Source: an uncultured Gammaproteobacteria bacterium (lineage in GTDB: Bacteria > Pseudomonadota > Gammaproteobacteria > Steroidobacterales > BM003). Taken from it: DNA of 64,000 nucleotides. The notes below the pieces were generated by a model. It was not told where the DNA came from. It did no database searches and saw only the letters and a list, made by a program, of their open reading frames with translations. The translations under genes and the position numbers were made by a program. Below are positions 47,785-58,646 of the stretch, piece after piece; position 1 is the first letter of the stretch; each line of letters opens with the position of its first letter. The stretch is taken from contig CAWAOM010000006.1 in NCBI GenBank assembly GCA_963783695.1, forward strand, positions 546,888 to 610,887, given 5' to 3'.

Positions 47785-49667
47785 GCAGTCACTTTTTTGT
47801 CGGAGCGCTCCTCGCGCACCGGTCGCTCCGGACCATAATAGACAATCGTATCGCCTTCCGACGGTTCGCTTTCGTGGCTTGCAGTCCTGAATTTTACCGC
47901 GCCCTCCTCGTTGAGAACGAGTATTTGTAACGCTTCCGCGGGGCAATCGCCGAGAAAATCACTATAACCGTAGGTCTCGGTGAGACGGGTCTTGTAGAAC
48001 TTCCAGCCGCGCACGTGCCAGCGCCACAGGCGTTCGAACACCGCCTCGGCATCGAATGCGATATTACCGCGGCGTTCCCGCGCCACCCCGCGGCTGTCGT
48101 CTTCGTGACCGAGCTGGCCCGGCAACTGAAATACCCGCGACTGCCCCACCTCTGGCGCCATCGTCGTACACACCAGGGCGTTATAAGCGTCGTTACTGGT
48201 CGCCGCGAGCACCGCCTGAACATGCGCAATCTCAAGCGATTCCTCGGCAAATTCGGAAAGCACCTCACCATGGAAAACCTGCAACCCGGCCAGACGGGCC
48301 TCACGCAGGTTGCTCCACGAGGCGTCGGCAATAAGCACTTTCACCTTGAGGAAGTCCAGCGTTTTTGCGAGCTCGATCGTCCATGGCGATGCCCCCACGA
48401 TAAGAACGCTATCGCGCGTTTTCGATGCCAGGCCGAGACGGCGCGCCAGTGGGCCGATGGTGCTGCCGTGTAGAATCACCGAGGCAATAATCACTGCGAA
48501 GATCAGAGGCAGCAGTTTTTCGGCGCTCTCATATCCCGCCTCCTGCAGTCTCTGCCCCATCAAACCGGCGGTGGCAGCCGCAACGATGCCGCGCGGCGCG
48601 ATCCAGCTTAGCAATATCCGGTCGTTCAGGCCCATTCCGGAACGCGCCGTCGCCATCATTATCGCGAGCGGCCGCGTCACGAACAAAATCGCCACGACCA
48701 GCAATCCCGCATGCCAGTCGAGCGCGCCAAGCACCCTGGTATCGAGATTCGCGGTCAGCAGCACGAAGACCACCGAAATCAGCATCACGGAGATGTACTC
48801 CTTGAAGCGTTTCATATCCTCGATACCGGGCAAATTCATGTTGCCAATGACCATGCCCATGATCGTCACTGCGAGCAGCCCGGCCTCCGCCTGCATCGCA
48901 TCCGCGACGCCAAAGACGATCAGGACGAGGCTGAACAACACCGGCGACTTCAGGTACTCCGGCACCCAGCCGCGACGGAAGGCGTTGCCGGCAAGCCAGC
49001 CGCCGACTCCACCCAGCAGCGCGCCCGAAGCGGCGGCCATGCCGACATCCTCCAGCAGGCGGGCCCAGCCGGAACCCTCCTGCGCATAAACCAGGAACTG
49101 ATAGACGAGCACCGCAAGCAACGCGCCGATCGGGTCATTTACGATCCCTTCCCATTTCAGGTAGGACGCAGTGCGTCGATTCAAACCCGCCTGGCGCAAC
49201 ATCGGCAGTATTACCGTGGGACCGGTCACCACCAGGATCGCGCCAAACACCAGTGAAACCTGCCAGCCCAGCCCGCCTATAAAGTAGCCAGCCGCACTGC
49301 AGAACAACCAGGTCAATGGCGCGCCGAGCCATACCAGCCGGCGTACACCGACTGCGGCGAGGCGAAACTCCGACAGCGAAAGCGTCAGTCCTCCTTCAAA
49401 CAGAATGATCGCCACGCTGAGGCTGACTACCGGGCCAAACAGCGGCCCGAGCGTTTCCTGCGGTCGAAAGGGGAGAAAGCCCTGGGTCTCGAACCACCCC
49501 GACAATAAATCGGTTCCCGCTAGGACCTGGGCAAGCGGGCCGACCGCAAGACCGATCAGCGCGAGCAGCACAATCGCCGGCCATTTCAGGCGCCAGGCAA
49601 GCCATTGCGCGCCGACGCCGACGGCGACGACTCCGATCAGGGGGGCGAGTAGATGTTGGGATGTCAC
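47781..49667 (-). CDS. Cation:proton antiporter (CPA1) with C-terminal RCK/TrkA-N-like domain
   Basis: ILFEGGL, VTGPTV, WEGIVNDP, APRGIVAA. Confidence 0.9.
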   Translation of the reverse strand: MTSQHLLAPLIGVVAVGVGAQWLAWRLKWPAIVLLALIGLAVGPLAQVLAGTDLLSGWFETQGFLPFRPQETLGPLFGPVVSLSVAIILFEGGLTLSLSEFRLAAVGVRRLVWLGAPLTWLFCSAAGYFIGGLGWQVSLVFGAILVVTGPTVILPMLRQAGLNRRTASYLKWEGIVNDPIGALLAVLVYQFLVYAQEGSGWARLLEDVGMAAASGALLGGVGGWLAGNAFRRGWVPEYLKSPVLFSLVLIVFGVADAMQAEAGLLAVTIMGMVIGNMNLPGIEDMKRFKEYISVMLISVVFVLLTANLDTRVLGALDWHAGLLVVAILFVTRPLAIMMATARSGMGLNDRILLSWIAPRGIVAAATAGLMGQRLQEAGYESAEKLLPLIFAVIIASVILHGSTIGPLARRLGLASKTRDSVLIVGASPWTIELAKTLDFLKVKVLIADASWSNLREARLAGLQVFHGEVLSEFAEESLEIAHVQAVLAATSNDAYNALVCTTMAPEVGQSRVFQLPGQLGHEDDSRGVARERRGNIAFDAEAVFERLWRWHVRGWKFYKTRLTETYGYSDFLGDCPAEALQILVLNEEGAVKFRTASHESEPSEGDTIVYYGPERPVREERSDKKVTA

Positions 49668-49785
49668 GGCAGACCCGGGCGCTTGTCAGCAACCAAAGGT
49701 ATCCGCGCGCCTCGCCCGGTGCAAGGAGAAGCCAGTATCATTGGGTTTCGGAATCACGGGCATGATCACTCCGAGGTGCACAACC

Positions 49786-50415
49786 ATGCAGATAACAAGC
49801 AATTCTTTCAAAGACCAGGACAACATCGCCGAGCCCAACTGTTTTGGGATTCGCTCCGCCACTCAGCACGTCGAACTCGGCGCCAACAAGAATCCGCACC
49901 TGCAATGGAGCGGAGTGCCAGAGGGAACACGCTCGCTGGCGCTGGTCTGCGTCGACACGGATGTGCCCACCAAACCCGACGATGTCAACCAGGAAGGACG
50001 CAGCGTACCGGCGGATCTGCCGCGCGCAAACTTCTATCACTGGGTCATGGTGGACATCCCGCCGGATACCAAGCACATTGGCGAAGGTGATTGTTCCGAT
50101 GGCATAACGGCACGCGGCAAACAAAACCCGCCGGGACCGGCCGCCAGCAGGCAGGGAGTCAACGACTACACCAGCTGGTTCAGCGGAGACCCGGAGATGG
50201 GGGGGACCTACCGCGGCTACGACGGACCCTGCCCGCCGTGGAATGACGAACTGGTCCATCATTATCATTTCGTCATCTACGCCCTGGACCTCGAGCGCTG
50301 TCCCGTCGGCGACGATTTCACCGGTCCGCAGGTGGAAGCCGCTATCGCCGGTCACGTGCTGGCGCAAGCGCGGATTACCGGAACTTACAGCCTGAATCCC
50401 GCCCTGACCGGGTAA
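49786..50415 (+). CDS. YbhB/YbcL family (PEBP/RKIP-like) protein
   Basis: NPHLQW, HWVMVDIP, YDGPCPP, HHYHFVIYALD. Confidence 0.92.
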   Translation: MQITSNSFKDQDNIAEPNCFGIRSATQHVELGANKNPHLQWSGVPEGTRSLALVCVDTDVPTKPDDVNQEGRSVPADLPRANFYHWVMVDIPPDTKHIGEGDCSDGITARGKQNPPGPAASRQGVNDYTSWFSGDPEMGGTYRGYDGPCPPWNDELVHHYHFVIYALDLERCPVGDDFTGPQVEAAIAGHVLAQARITGTYSLNPALTG

Positions 50416-50439
50416 CCCGCGCGACGCCGCGCCACCCTC

Positions 50440-50895
50440 TCAGTCGCCGGCCGTCCAGGTGACGTCAACGATTTCCGTTCGCACGGAGGGGATAGCGTGG
50501 CCGTCGACCAGCATGGGTTCGAAACGTTGTCCGAGCACGTCGCTGCGGACCCGCTCGATCTGTTCGTCCGGAGCGGTAGCGCCTACCACGACCGCATCAC
50601 GGACGCTGCCATCCGCGGCGACGCTGATTTCCAGCTGCACGAACCCCGAAGACACCCGCTCCGGAATCTGTAACCGGGGAAGCTCTTCGAGCTTCGGTAT
50701 TTCGGGCCGTTTGCGACCGACATCTTCGCCCAGCAGGCGTGCGAGATCGATGCGGTCGCTGCTGGAGAGTATCTCCAGCGGGTGCGTCTTGCGCCCATCG
50801 CGATAGCGCTCATACGAATTGAACGACTTGACGCCGAACATCGTCAACAGAAAGGTCACAACCATCGCGACCAGAATTGAAACAATCCAGCGCAT
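50440..50895 (-). CDS. Small membrane-anchored protein with TonB C-terminal-like domain
   Basis: N-terminal TM; GFVQLEISVAADGSV and RFEP..VDG resemble TonB_C. Confidence 0.55.
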   Translation of the reverse strand: MRWIVSILVAMVVTFLLTMFGVKSFNSYERYRDGRKTHPLEILSSSDRIDLARLLGEDVGRKRPEIPKLEELPRLQIPERVSSGFVQLEISVAADGSVRDAVVVGATAPDEQIERVRSDVLGQRFEPMLVDGHAIPSVRTEIVDVTWTAGD

Positions 50896-50910
50896 TTGAC
50901 TCCGGTCCGA

Positions 50911-52200
50911 TCAGGGCGACTTGTATATCTCGCCGTCTTTCATTACGAAACCCACATCCTGCATTCTGCCGATATCCGCCAGCGGGTCGCCAGCGACCGC
51001 GATCAGATCCGCCAGCTTGCCGGCCTCGACACTGCCGAGCCGCTCAGCTTCGCCGAGAAACTCGGCGGCAACACTGGTCGCCGACTGAATTGCTGCCATC
51101 GGCGGCATTCCTCCGGCCACCATCAGCGCAAACTCGCGGCCATTTTCACCGTGCGGCGATACTCCGGAATCCGTGCCGAAAACGATACTTACTCCAGCCC
51201 CATAAGCCTTGGCAAACGTCGCGCTGATCTGCGGCCCGATCGCGGCCGCCTTGGGCCGCACGATCTCGGGAAAAAACCCGTCTTCCTCTGCTTTGAGCGC
51301 GACCCAGTCGCCCGCCAATATGGTCGGCACGTAGTAGGTTCCGTGTTCTTTCATCAACGCGATGGTCTCGTCATCCATATAGGTGCCATGTTCAATCGAC
51401 GCAACACCGCCACGAATTGCCCGTTTCATGCCCTCGGCACCATGCGCATGCGCGGCCACATGAAAACCGTAGTCGCGCGCTACTTCGACGATGGCCACGA
51501 TTTCCTCTTCGGTGAACTGCGGGTTCTGACCGCTCTTGGCAACACTGAGAACACCGCCGGTAGCTGTAATTTTTATAAAGTCGGCGCCGTCCTTGTAGCG
51601 TTGGCGAACGGCCTTGGCCGCCTCAAACGGACCATCGGCAACCCCTTCCCGCGGACCCGCGTCACCGCCCAGGTGAGTTGCCCAGCCGTTGGTGGGGTCG
51701 GCATGGCCACCGGTAGTGGCGATCGATTTGCCGGCGGTAAAGATACGCGGCCCTGCTACTGTTCCCTTGTTCACGGCATTGCGCAAAGCGACAGTGACGT
51801 TAAATCTGTCTCCGGGATTGCGCACGGTGGTAAAACCCGCCATCAGCGTCTTGCGCGCGTTGGCGACCGCATCCAGCGCCAGATCTGCCGGGTTCTTGCG
51901 AAACCCGTCAAGGTAGGAGTTGCGCGACAGCTCGCCATCCAGATGCACATGCATGTCCATCAGGCCCGGCATCAGCGTATAGGCTTTCAGATCAATGACC
52001 GTATCGCCGGCACGACCCGCGCGATAGCCACTTTCGACCGCGGCAATTTCGCCACCGCGGACCACTACCGTCATACCCACCCTGGCCCGGTCAGCCTTGC
52101 CGTCGATCAGGCGCCCGGCATGAATAATGACATCGGCACTGGCATTCGCCGCCGCCATACCGGCCAGCGCCAGGACAACCCAGGTAAAGACTCTACGCAT
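50911..52200 (-). CDS. Secreted amidohydrolase (Xaa-Pro dipeptidase-like)
   Basis: Signal peptide; [33 protein letters not shown]. Confidence 0.9.
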   Translation of the reverse strand: MRRVFTWVVLALAGMAAANASADVIIHAGRLIDGKADRARVGMTVVVRGGEIAAVESGYRAGRAGDTVIDLKAYTLMPGLMDMHVHLDGELSRNSYLDGFRKNPADLALDAVANARKTLMAGFTTVRNPGDRFNVTVALRNAVNKGTVAGPRIFTAGKSIATTGGHADPTNGWATHLGGDAGPREGVADGPFEAAKAVRQRYKDGADFIKITATGGVLSVAKSGQNPQFTEEEIVAIVEVARDYGFHVAAHAHGAEGMKRAIRGGVASIEHGTYMDDETIALMKEHGTYYVPTILAGDWVALKAEEDGFFPEIVRPKAAAIGPQISATFAKAYGAGVSIVFGTDSGVSPHGENGREFALMVAGGMPPMAAIQSATSVAAEFLGEAERLGSVEAGKLADLIAVAGDPLADIGRMQDVGFVMKDGEIYKSP

Positions 52201-52232
52201 TCGGTGCTTCCTCAGTGATTTTTCGGCGCGCG

Positions 52233-52628
52233 TCAATCGTCCGCCGGCGCCGTTTTCGGCGCAAAATCCAGCGACGCCGAGTTGATGCAATAACGCAGCC
52301 CGCTCGGACGCGGCCCATCCGGGAAAACATGCCCCAGGTGAGCACCGCAACCGGCGCAAAGTACTTCCTCGCGGCGCATCCCGAGGCTGTCATCTGCCTC
52401 TATCCGGACCCGGTCTTCGGCTAACGGCAGCCAGAAACTCGGCCAACCCGAACCCGAATCGTACTTTTCCCGTGAGCTGAATAACGCCCTATCGCAACAA
52501 ACACAGACATAGGTTCCATCCGCCTTGTAGTCGACGAATTTCCCGCTGAAAGGCGCCTCAGTACCCTTTTCCTGGGTGATCCTGAACTGCTCGGGCGTCA
52601 GTTTGTCATGCAAATCTCGTTCACTCAC
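52233..52628 (-). CDS. msrB: Peptide-methionine (R)-S-oxide reductase
   Basis: [32 protein letters not shown]. Confidence 0.96.
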   Translation of the reverse strand: MSERDLHDKLTPEQFRITQEKGTEAPFSGKFVDYKADGTYVCVCCDRALFSSREKYDSGSGWPSFWLPLAEDRVRIEADDSLGMRREEVLCAGCGAHLGHVFPDGPRPSGLRYCINSASLDFAPKTAPADD

Positions 52629-52741
52629 AGCATCCTCCGGGGCGCTCGGCCGTCACCTCATCAACACGATCAACGCAGCGATATTCATGCTTTCAACCCC
52701 TTCCGGGCGGCTATAATAACGTACCTCATCGAGATTACCGG

Positions 52742-53548
52742 ATGCACACAATCAAAGACAAAACTGTTTTGCTAACCGGAGCGACCGGCGGAATCGGCCG
52801 CCAGGTGGCATTGACTCTTGGCCGCGCCGGAGCCTCGCTGATGCTCGCCGCGCGGTCACCCGAACAACTCGAGTCCTTAAAGGCCGAACTCAATGCGACA
52901 GGAGCCCGGGCCGAATTTGCAGCAGGCGATCTGCTTGACGACAGCTATCGCCGCAATCTTCCGCTGCGGGCACGCTCGGCGCTGGGTCAGATAGACATCC
53001 TGATCAACAACGCGGGAGTCGACGAATTCGTCGAGTTCGCCGAGCAAAAACGTGCCGACATTAAGCTCATCATCGACCTGAACATCACTGCTCCAATGAT
53101 GCTTGCCAGCGAAGTTCTCGGCCCGATGCTGGAACGTCGTAGCGGCCATATTATAAATATGGCATCGCTTGCGGGACGCGTAGCCACCCCATATGCGTCG
53201 GTGTATAGCGGATCCAAAGCGGCACTCGCCCAATGGAGTTTTTCACTGGCCGGCGAACTCATCGACAGCGGCGTCGCCGTCTCCGTCATTTGTCCTGGGT
53301 TCGTGGATGAGGCCGGCATGTTTGCGCGCAGGCAGCGCGAAGCACCTGGCCTGGTCGCTGCCTGTTCGCCGCAGGAAGTGGCGGATGCCGTGGTCCATGC
53401 GATTCAAAGTCGACGCCTCGAATTACTTGTGTCGAAGCGACCTGCGAAACCTCTGGTTGCGCTCCAGGCCATGAGTCCGGCCCGGGTTACGTCGCTCACG
53501 GAAAAACTGAAACTGCGCGAATTTCTGTACAGCCTGACAAAAAAATAG
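52742..53548 (+). CDS. Short-chain dehydrogenase/reductase
   Basis: TGATGGIG, NNAG, YSGSK. Confidence 0.92.
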   Translation: MHTIKDKTVLLTGATGGIGRQVALTLGRAGASLMLAARSPEQLESLKAELNATGARAEFAAGDLLDDSYRRNLPLRARSALGQIDILINNAGVDEFVEFAEQKRADIKLIIDLNITAPMMLASEVLGPMLERRSGHIINMASLAGRVATPYASVYSGSKAALAQWSFSLAGELIDSGVAVSVICPGFVDEAGMFARRQREAPGLVAACSPQEVADAVVHAIQSRRLELLVSKRPAKPLVALQAMSPARVTSLTEKLKLREFLYSLTKK

Positions 53549-53574
53549 CCGGCAAGATGCGCGGCGAGCCGGGC

Positions 53575-54165
53575 CTAGCGTGGCGCCATGTCGCGGTTAC
53601 AGCCCATCCGGGTAAGCACTTCCCATTCCGCATCCGCGGTTTGAGGGCGCGCCTCGTAGCGCCAGGCGAAACTGGTGCCCGTAATCTCATGGAAAACCAT
53701 CTTCAGATCAAAATCATCAGCCTGAGCGCTCATCACCATTTCGTCGTTGACGAGACGGGCCTCGAAAAACGCGAACTCGGACTTGTCCACCGACGTCCAG
53801 ACGACCCGCCATACGCCGTTTTCAACGTCGTATATCCGCAGCGCGGTGCCAGTGCTCAGCGCGGAACCGGTTGTGTCTTCCGGCAGCCACAGGTCCTGAA
53901 CCGCGAAACCGTCCATCGCATAAGACCAGACCCAGGTCGCAACGCCAGGGATGTCGCCGTCCGACCGCGGCACCAGTTCGCAGCGCCAGCGCCCGACGAA
54001 CTGACCGAACTGGACCAGCTCCGGCGCTGCAAGAGGATTCGCGCCGGCGCCTCGCGCCACCGCGGTGGCGGCAGGCGATACTTCGGCCGACCGGGTCGCA
54101 GCGCATCCGGACACCAGCGCCAACACGGCGATCGAAAAACCCACGGAAAGTGCTCGCACTAACAT
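53575..54165 (-). CDS. Hypothetical lipoprotein
   Basis: Lipobox VSGC; beta-rich (FVGRW, GTALRIYD..W). Confidence 0.65.
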   Translation of the reverse strand: MLVRALSVGFSIAVLALVSGCAATRSAEVSPAATAVARGAGANPLAAPELVQFGQFVGRWRCELVPRSDGDIPGVATWVWSYAMDGFAVQDLWLPEDTTGSALSTGTALRIYDVENGVWRVVWTSVDKSEFAFFEARLVNDEMVMSAQADDFDLKMVFHEITGTSFAWRYEARPQTADAEWEVLTRMGCNRDMAPR

Positions 54166-54243
54166 GATCTCGGCTCACTAAACCAACACGGCCGCTATTG
54201 TGCCAGTTCGGTCGACCAGACGGGCTGGCATAATATCGTCACG

Positions 54244-54990
54244 GTGATCAATGACGATGACAACTTCTGTGTCCGCTTCGACCGAGTCAGCAAACAGCTG
54301 TCCGGGCAGGTTTTGCTCGAAGATGTCAGCGTAGGCCTGCCAAAGCGCCTGACAACGGCGGTCATTGGCGCAAGCGGCAGTGGCAAGTCGTCACTACTCA
54401 ATCACGTCAATGGACTGCTGCAACCGGACAGTGGCGTCGTGGAGATATTCGGCCGCCCCCTCGACTACGAGGAACTGCCGGAAATTCGTCGCCGAATCGG
54501 CTACGCCGTCCAGCAGATCGCTCTTTTCCCGCATATGACTGTCGTCGAGAATATTACCTTGATGGCGCGTCTCGCCGGCTGGACCGAGCAACGTATCGAA
54601 CAGCGTGTCGAGCAACTGCTCACGGTTGCGAAACTCCCGGCCGCGTTGCTCGACCGCTACCCCGGAACGTTGTCCGGCGGCCAACAGCAACGAGTTGGCC
54701 TGTGCCGGGCGTTGATGCTCGAGCCGGAGCTGCTTCTGCTCGATGAGGCATTTTCCGGAGTCGACCCGATCGCGCGCCAGGAGATTTATCGCGACTTCGT
54801 CGCGCTGCGCGATCAGGCCGATTACACGGTCGTCATGGTCACTCATGACATTGGAGAAGCCCTGGCGCTGGCCCAGTTCGGGGTCGTGCTCCGCGACGGA
54901 CTCATCGAGCAGGCCGGTGAACTGGCCGACCTCATCAGAAACCCCGCCAACACCTATGTCGAACGCCTGTTCGCGGGTCAATTCCTGTGA
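54244..54990 (+). CDS. Osmoprotectant ABC transporter ATP-binding protein
   Basis: GASGSGKS, LSGGQQQRVG, LLLDE, VTHD. Confidence 0.88.
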   Translation: MINDDDNFCVRFDRVSKQLSGQVLLEDVSVGLPKRLTTAVIGASGSGKSSLLNHVNGLLQPDSGVVEIFGRPLDYEELPEIRRRIGYAVQQIALFPHMTVVENITLMARLAGWTEQRIEQRVEQLLTVAKLPAALLDRYPGTLSGGQQQRVGLCRALMLEPELLLLDEAFSGVDPIARQEIYRDFVALRDQADYTVVMVTHDIGEALALAQFGVVLRDGLIEQAGELADLIRNPANTYVERLFAGQFL

Positions 54991-56465
54991 TCGGGCGCCC
55001 TCTCGCGCTCCTGGCAATGCTGGTGATTCCGCTCGTTGCGGTGGCCGAGCGGGCGCCGATCGTCGTTGGCAGCAAGACATTTACCGAGAGCTACGTGCTC
55101 GGCGAACTCATGGCGCAGGTGCTCGAGTCTTCGGGACATACGGTTGAAAGAAGATTCGGGTTTGGCGGCACGCTGATCTGTTTTGAAGCGCTGCGCAACG
55201 GCGACATCGATCTCTATCCTGAATACGGCGGCACGATACAACGCGCGATCTATGGCGGCGTGCTCACGGAGGAGGATATTGCACGGCGGCTCGACAGCGA
55301 CGGCTTGCGGCTACTCGATGAATTCGGTTTCAACAATACCTATGCCCTGGCCATGCCCGCGGAGCTCGCGCAACAGCTCGGTATTCGCAACATATCGGAT
55401 CTGCGCAGCCATGCCGATCTCGAGACCGGCCTCAGCCACGAGTTCATGAGCCGGGCGGACGGCTGGCCCGGTCTGCGGCAGCGCTACGGCCTAACCCAAT
55501 CCGCGCGCGGCATCGAGCATGGTCTTGCCTACCAGGCCCTGCGCGAAAGGGAAATTCAACTTACCGATGCCTACTCCACCGACGGTGAGGTACCGCGCTA
55601 TCGCCTGACCTTGCTGGAAGACGACCTGGGGTTTTTCCCCCGCTACATGGCCGCGCCACTGGTTCGCAACGACCTGCCAGCCTCCGCGGCAGCGGCATTG
55701 CGCAACCTCGCCGGCATCCTCGATGAAGCACGCATGCAGCAACTTAACGGGGCCGTGGTGATTGAAGGCCGTGAGATCGCCGAGGTTGCCGCGGACTTTC
55801 TCGAGGGGCAGGGTCTGCTCGGCCAGCGCAGCGAAACCGCGTCGATGTGGCAGCGTCTGCTCGACAACACTCTGACCCATCTCCAGCTGACCGGGATCGC
55901 ATTGCTACTCGGATGTATCGCCGGCCTGCTCGCCGGGGTCGCGGTACACCGCAGCCCGCGCATGAGCCGCATCGTGCTGCACAGCGCCAGCCTTATCCAG
56001 ACGATTCCTTCGATTGCTTTGCTGGCGCTGATGATTCCATTGCTTGGGGTCGGCAAGCCACCCGCGATCGCGGCACTGTTCGTCTACTCGCTGCTGCCAA
56101 TCCTTGCCAGCACGGTCACCGCGCTGCGCTGCGTGGACCCGGTGCTATCGCGAGTTGCCACAGCGCTCGGCCTCACCCGCTGGCAGCAAATTCGCCATGT
56201 CCAACTACCGCTGGCAATGCCGCATATCCTGTCGGGCATACGTACGGCCGCGGTCATAAGCATCGGGACCGCGACCCTGGCCGCATTTATCGGCGCTGGC
56301 GGCCTGGGCCAGCCCATCGTCACCGGGCTCGCGTTAAACGATCCGGCGCTTATTCTCGAAGGCGCGGTGCCTGCCGCATTACTGGCGGTGCTCACCGAAC
56401 TGGGCTTCGAACTGCTGGAACGACGCCTCGTCGCACCACCGCTGCGCAGCCACGACGGATTCTAG
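54987..56465 (+). CDS. Osmoprotectant (glycine betaine/choline) ABC substrate-binding/permease fusion
   Basis: GSKTFTES, YPEYGGT, FNNTYAL, QTIPSIALL, IGAGGLG. Confidence 0.9.
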   Translation: MIGRPLALLAMLVIPLVAVAERAPIVVGSKTFTESYVLGELMAQVLESSGHTVERRFGFGGTLICFEALRNGDIDLYPEYGGTIQRAIYGGVLTEEDIARRLDSDGLRLLDEFGFNNTYALAMPAELAQQLGIRNISDLRSHADLETGLSHEFMSRADGWPGLRQRYGLTQSARGIEHGLAYQALREREIQLTDAYSTDGEVPRYRLTLLEDDLGFFPRYMAAPLVRNDLPASAAAALRNLAGILDEARMQQLNGAVVIEGREIAEVAADFLEGQGLLGQRSETASMWQRLLDNTLTHLQLTGIALLLGCIAGLLAGVAVHRSPRMSRIVLHSASLIQTIPSIALLALMIPLLGVGKPPAIAALFVYSLLPILASTVTALRCVDPVLSRVATALGLTRWQQIRHVQLPLAMPHILSGIRTAAVISIGTATLAAFIGAGGLGQPIVTGLALNDPALILEGAVPAALLAVLTELGFELLERRLVAPPLRSHDGF

Positions 56466-56475
56466 CGCCGCAGGC

Positions 56476-58467
56476 TCAGTCCGGAGTCCAGACCTTGCGG
56501 CTCTCGGTCATATCGAGCAGCAGGCGATTGAGCCGCTTGACGAATCCGGCCGGATCTTCCGGGAGACCGCCCTCGGCCAGTCTTGCCTGCTCGAATAGCA
56601 ACAGACTCAGATCGCCGAGCCGGCTTTCCGTATCCTCGACCGCCATGCGCTCGAGCAGCGGATGATCGAGATTGACCTCCAGCGTCGGCGCAGATGTTGG
56701 CAACGATTGTCCCGCCGCCTCCATCATGCGTCGCAATTGCGCACTGGGTTCGTTTTCGCCGACCACCAGGCAGGCCGGCGACTCGGTCAGGCGCCCGGTA
56801 CGCCGCACACCGGCGACCTTGTCGCCAAGCGTTTTGCGGATACTGTCCAGCAATTCATCCGGGGATTCCCCGCTCTCGTCCTCGCTCGCCCCGGTGTCAT
56901 CGAAGTCGAGTTCGCCCCGGGTCACATCCTGAAATGCCTTGCCATCAAATTCACCAAGATGGCTGATCATGATGTCGTCGATGCGATCGGCAAGAACCAG
57001 CACTTCGATGCCTTTGTCGCGGAAAATCTCGAGATGCGGGCTGTTGCGGGCGGCGCTGTCGCTTTCCCCGTACACGTAGTAGATCTTCGCCTGGTCGTCA
57101 GCCATTGAATCCAGGTAATCACGCAGCGACCGGGTCTGCGCACTGTCATCGTCCGCGGTCGACGCGAACCTGAGCAACGGCGCAATCGACTCATGCTGAC
57201 CGGGTTCTTCGACGACGCCCTCCTTCAGCACCTGGCCAAATTCATTCCACAACTGCTGGTACTTCTCGGGTTCGTCGCTGGCAAGCCGTTCCAGCATACC
57301 CAGGACGCGACGCGTCAGCGCCGAGCGCATCGCTTCAACGCCCGAGTCCTGCTGCAATATTTCGCGCGAGACATTGAGCGACAAGTCGCTGCTATCCACG
57401 ATTCCTCGCACGAAGCGCAGAAACAGCGGCAAAAACTGCTCGGCCTGATCCATGATAAAAACCCGCTGGGCATACAGCTTCAACCCGCGTGGCGCCTCCC
57501 GGTTCCACAGATCAAACGGCGCGCGCGCCGGGATATAGAGCAGACTCACGTAGTCCCGCTTGCCCTCGACCCGGTTATGGCTCCACGCCAGCGGCGCCTC
57601 GAAGTCATGCGATATGTGCTTATAGAAATCGATGTAGTCTTCGTCGCTGATATCGTTCTTGGGCAAAGTCCACAGGGCGGTCGACTCATTAATTGTTTCG
57701 AACTCGGCATCCGCTGCGGTCTGCTTTCCTGAAGCCTGCTTTTCTGAAGCCTGCTTTCCTGAAGCCTGCTTTTCTGAAGCCTGCTCTTCTGAAGCCGGCT
57801 CTTCTGAAGCCTGCTGTGCAGCGACCTTCATCTGCACGGGAAAGCCGATATGGTCGGAATATTTGCGCACCAGCATGCTGATTCGGTTCTGATCGGCAAA
57901 CTCCCGATCATCCTCTTTCAGATGGAGGATGATCTCGGTGCCCCGCGGGGCGCGATCGATGGTTTCAACCGTGAAACTGCCATCCCCGGTCGAACTCCAA
58001 TGGACCCCTTCCGCCGCATCAAGTCCCGCCCGACGGGTAAAGACCTCGACCCGCTCCGCGACGATGAATGACGAGTAAAATCCGACACCAAACTGGCCGA
58101 TCAGTCGGGCGTCTTTCTGCTTGTCATCTTCGAGCGCCCTGAGAAACTCGGCAGTACCGGACTTGGCGATGGTGCCGAGATTGGCGATCACGTCATCCCG
58201 CGACATGCCAATGCCGTTGTCGCTGACGGCAATGGTTCCCGCTTCCGGATCGCAGCTGATTCGTATCCGCAGATCGGCATCATTCTCCAGCAGATCCTGA
58301 TCCTGCATTGCCGCGAACCGCAGCTTGTCGGCCGCATCCGAAGCGTTGGAAATCAGCTCCCGCAGGAAAATCTCCTTGTTACTGTAGAGACTGTGCACCA
58401 TCAAGTGCAGCAACTGCTTTACTTCGGCCTGGAAACCCAAAGTTTCCGGCTTTGCTTCGTGACTCAT
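56476..58467 (-). CDS. htpG: Chaperone HtpG (Hsp90)
   Basis: YSNKEIFLRELISNASDA, IGQFGVGFYS, LNVSREILQ; GGAGG RBS. Confidence 0.97.
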   Translation of the reverse strand: MSHEAKPETLGFQAEVKQLLHLMVHSLYSNKEIFLRELISNASDAADKLRFAAMQDQDLLENDADLRIRISCDPEAGTIAVSDNGIGMSRDDVIANLGTIAKSGTAEFLRALEDDKQKDARLIGQFGVGFYSSFIVAERVEVFTRRAGLDAAEGVHWSSTGDGSFTVETIDRAPRGTEIILHLKEDDREFADQNRISMLVRKYSDHIGFPVQMKVAAQQASEEPASEEQASEKQASGKQASEKQASGKQTAADAEFETINESTALWTLPKNDISDEDYIDFYKHISHDFEAPLAWSHNRVEGKRDYVSLLYIPARAPFDLWNREAPRGLKLYAQRVFIMDQAEQFLPLFLRFVRGIVDSSDLSLNVSREILQQDSGVEAMRSALTRRVLGMLERLASDEPEKYQQLWNEFGQVLKEGVVEEPGQHESIAPLLRFASTADDDSAQTRSLRDYLDSMADDQAKIYYVYGESDSAARNSPHLEIFRDKGIEVLVLADRIDDIMISHLGEFDGKAFQDVTRGELDFDDTGASEDESGESPDELLDSIRKTLGDKVAGVRRTGRLTESPACLVVGENEPSAQLRRMMEAAGQSLPTSAPTLEVNLDHPLLERMAVEDTESRLGDLSLLLFEQARLAEGGLPEDPAGFVKRLNRLLLDMTESRKVWTPD
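57721..57815. repeat. 15-bp in-frame tandem repeat (~6.3 copies) inside htpG
   Basis: Units CTGCTTTCCTGAAGC / CTGCTTTTCTGAAGC / CTGCTCTTCTGAAGC encoding ASEEP-ASEEQ-ASEKQ-ASGKQ-ASEKQ-ASGKQ. Confidence 0.95.
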
Positions 58468-58521
58468 CCCGCCTCCGTATGCCGCCGGCCAATGCCGGCT
58501 CATCGCATGGAATACCCCCTT

Positions 58522-58549
58522 TTGTGGGGTCGACGCGTCGAAGTTCAAG
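58522..58549 (-). promoter_or_regulatory. Sigma32 (RpoH) promoter of htpG
   Basis: CTTGAA-N14-CCCCAC versus consensus CTTGAA-N13-17-CCCCATNT. Confidence 0.85.
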
Positions 58550-58571
58550 CCCCCGGGACGAGTCTCGCGCT

Positions 58572-58615
58572 TGTGACGGACCTCACGCTCCAGGCTCGCC
58601 GCAAACGCCTAAACT
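58572..58615 (+). promoter_or_regulatory. Class II CRP-family promoter
   Basis: TGTGA-N6-TCACG (58572-58587) with -10 TAAACT (58610-58615); site centre about -42.5. Confidence 0.65.
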
Positions 58616-58646
58616 GAATGTATCGGATTACCGGAGGCAGCACAGG

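Noticed and set aside
50896-52218. 440-aa plus-strand ORF
   Set aside because: Antisense shadow of the amidohydrolase
57721-57815. Possible CRISPR array
   Set aside because: Repeats are contiguous with no spacers and are in frame within htpG; no cas genes
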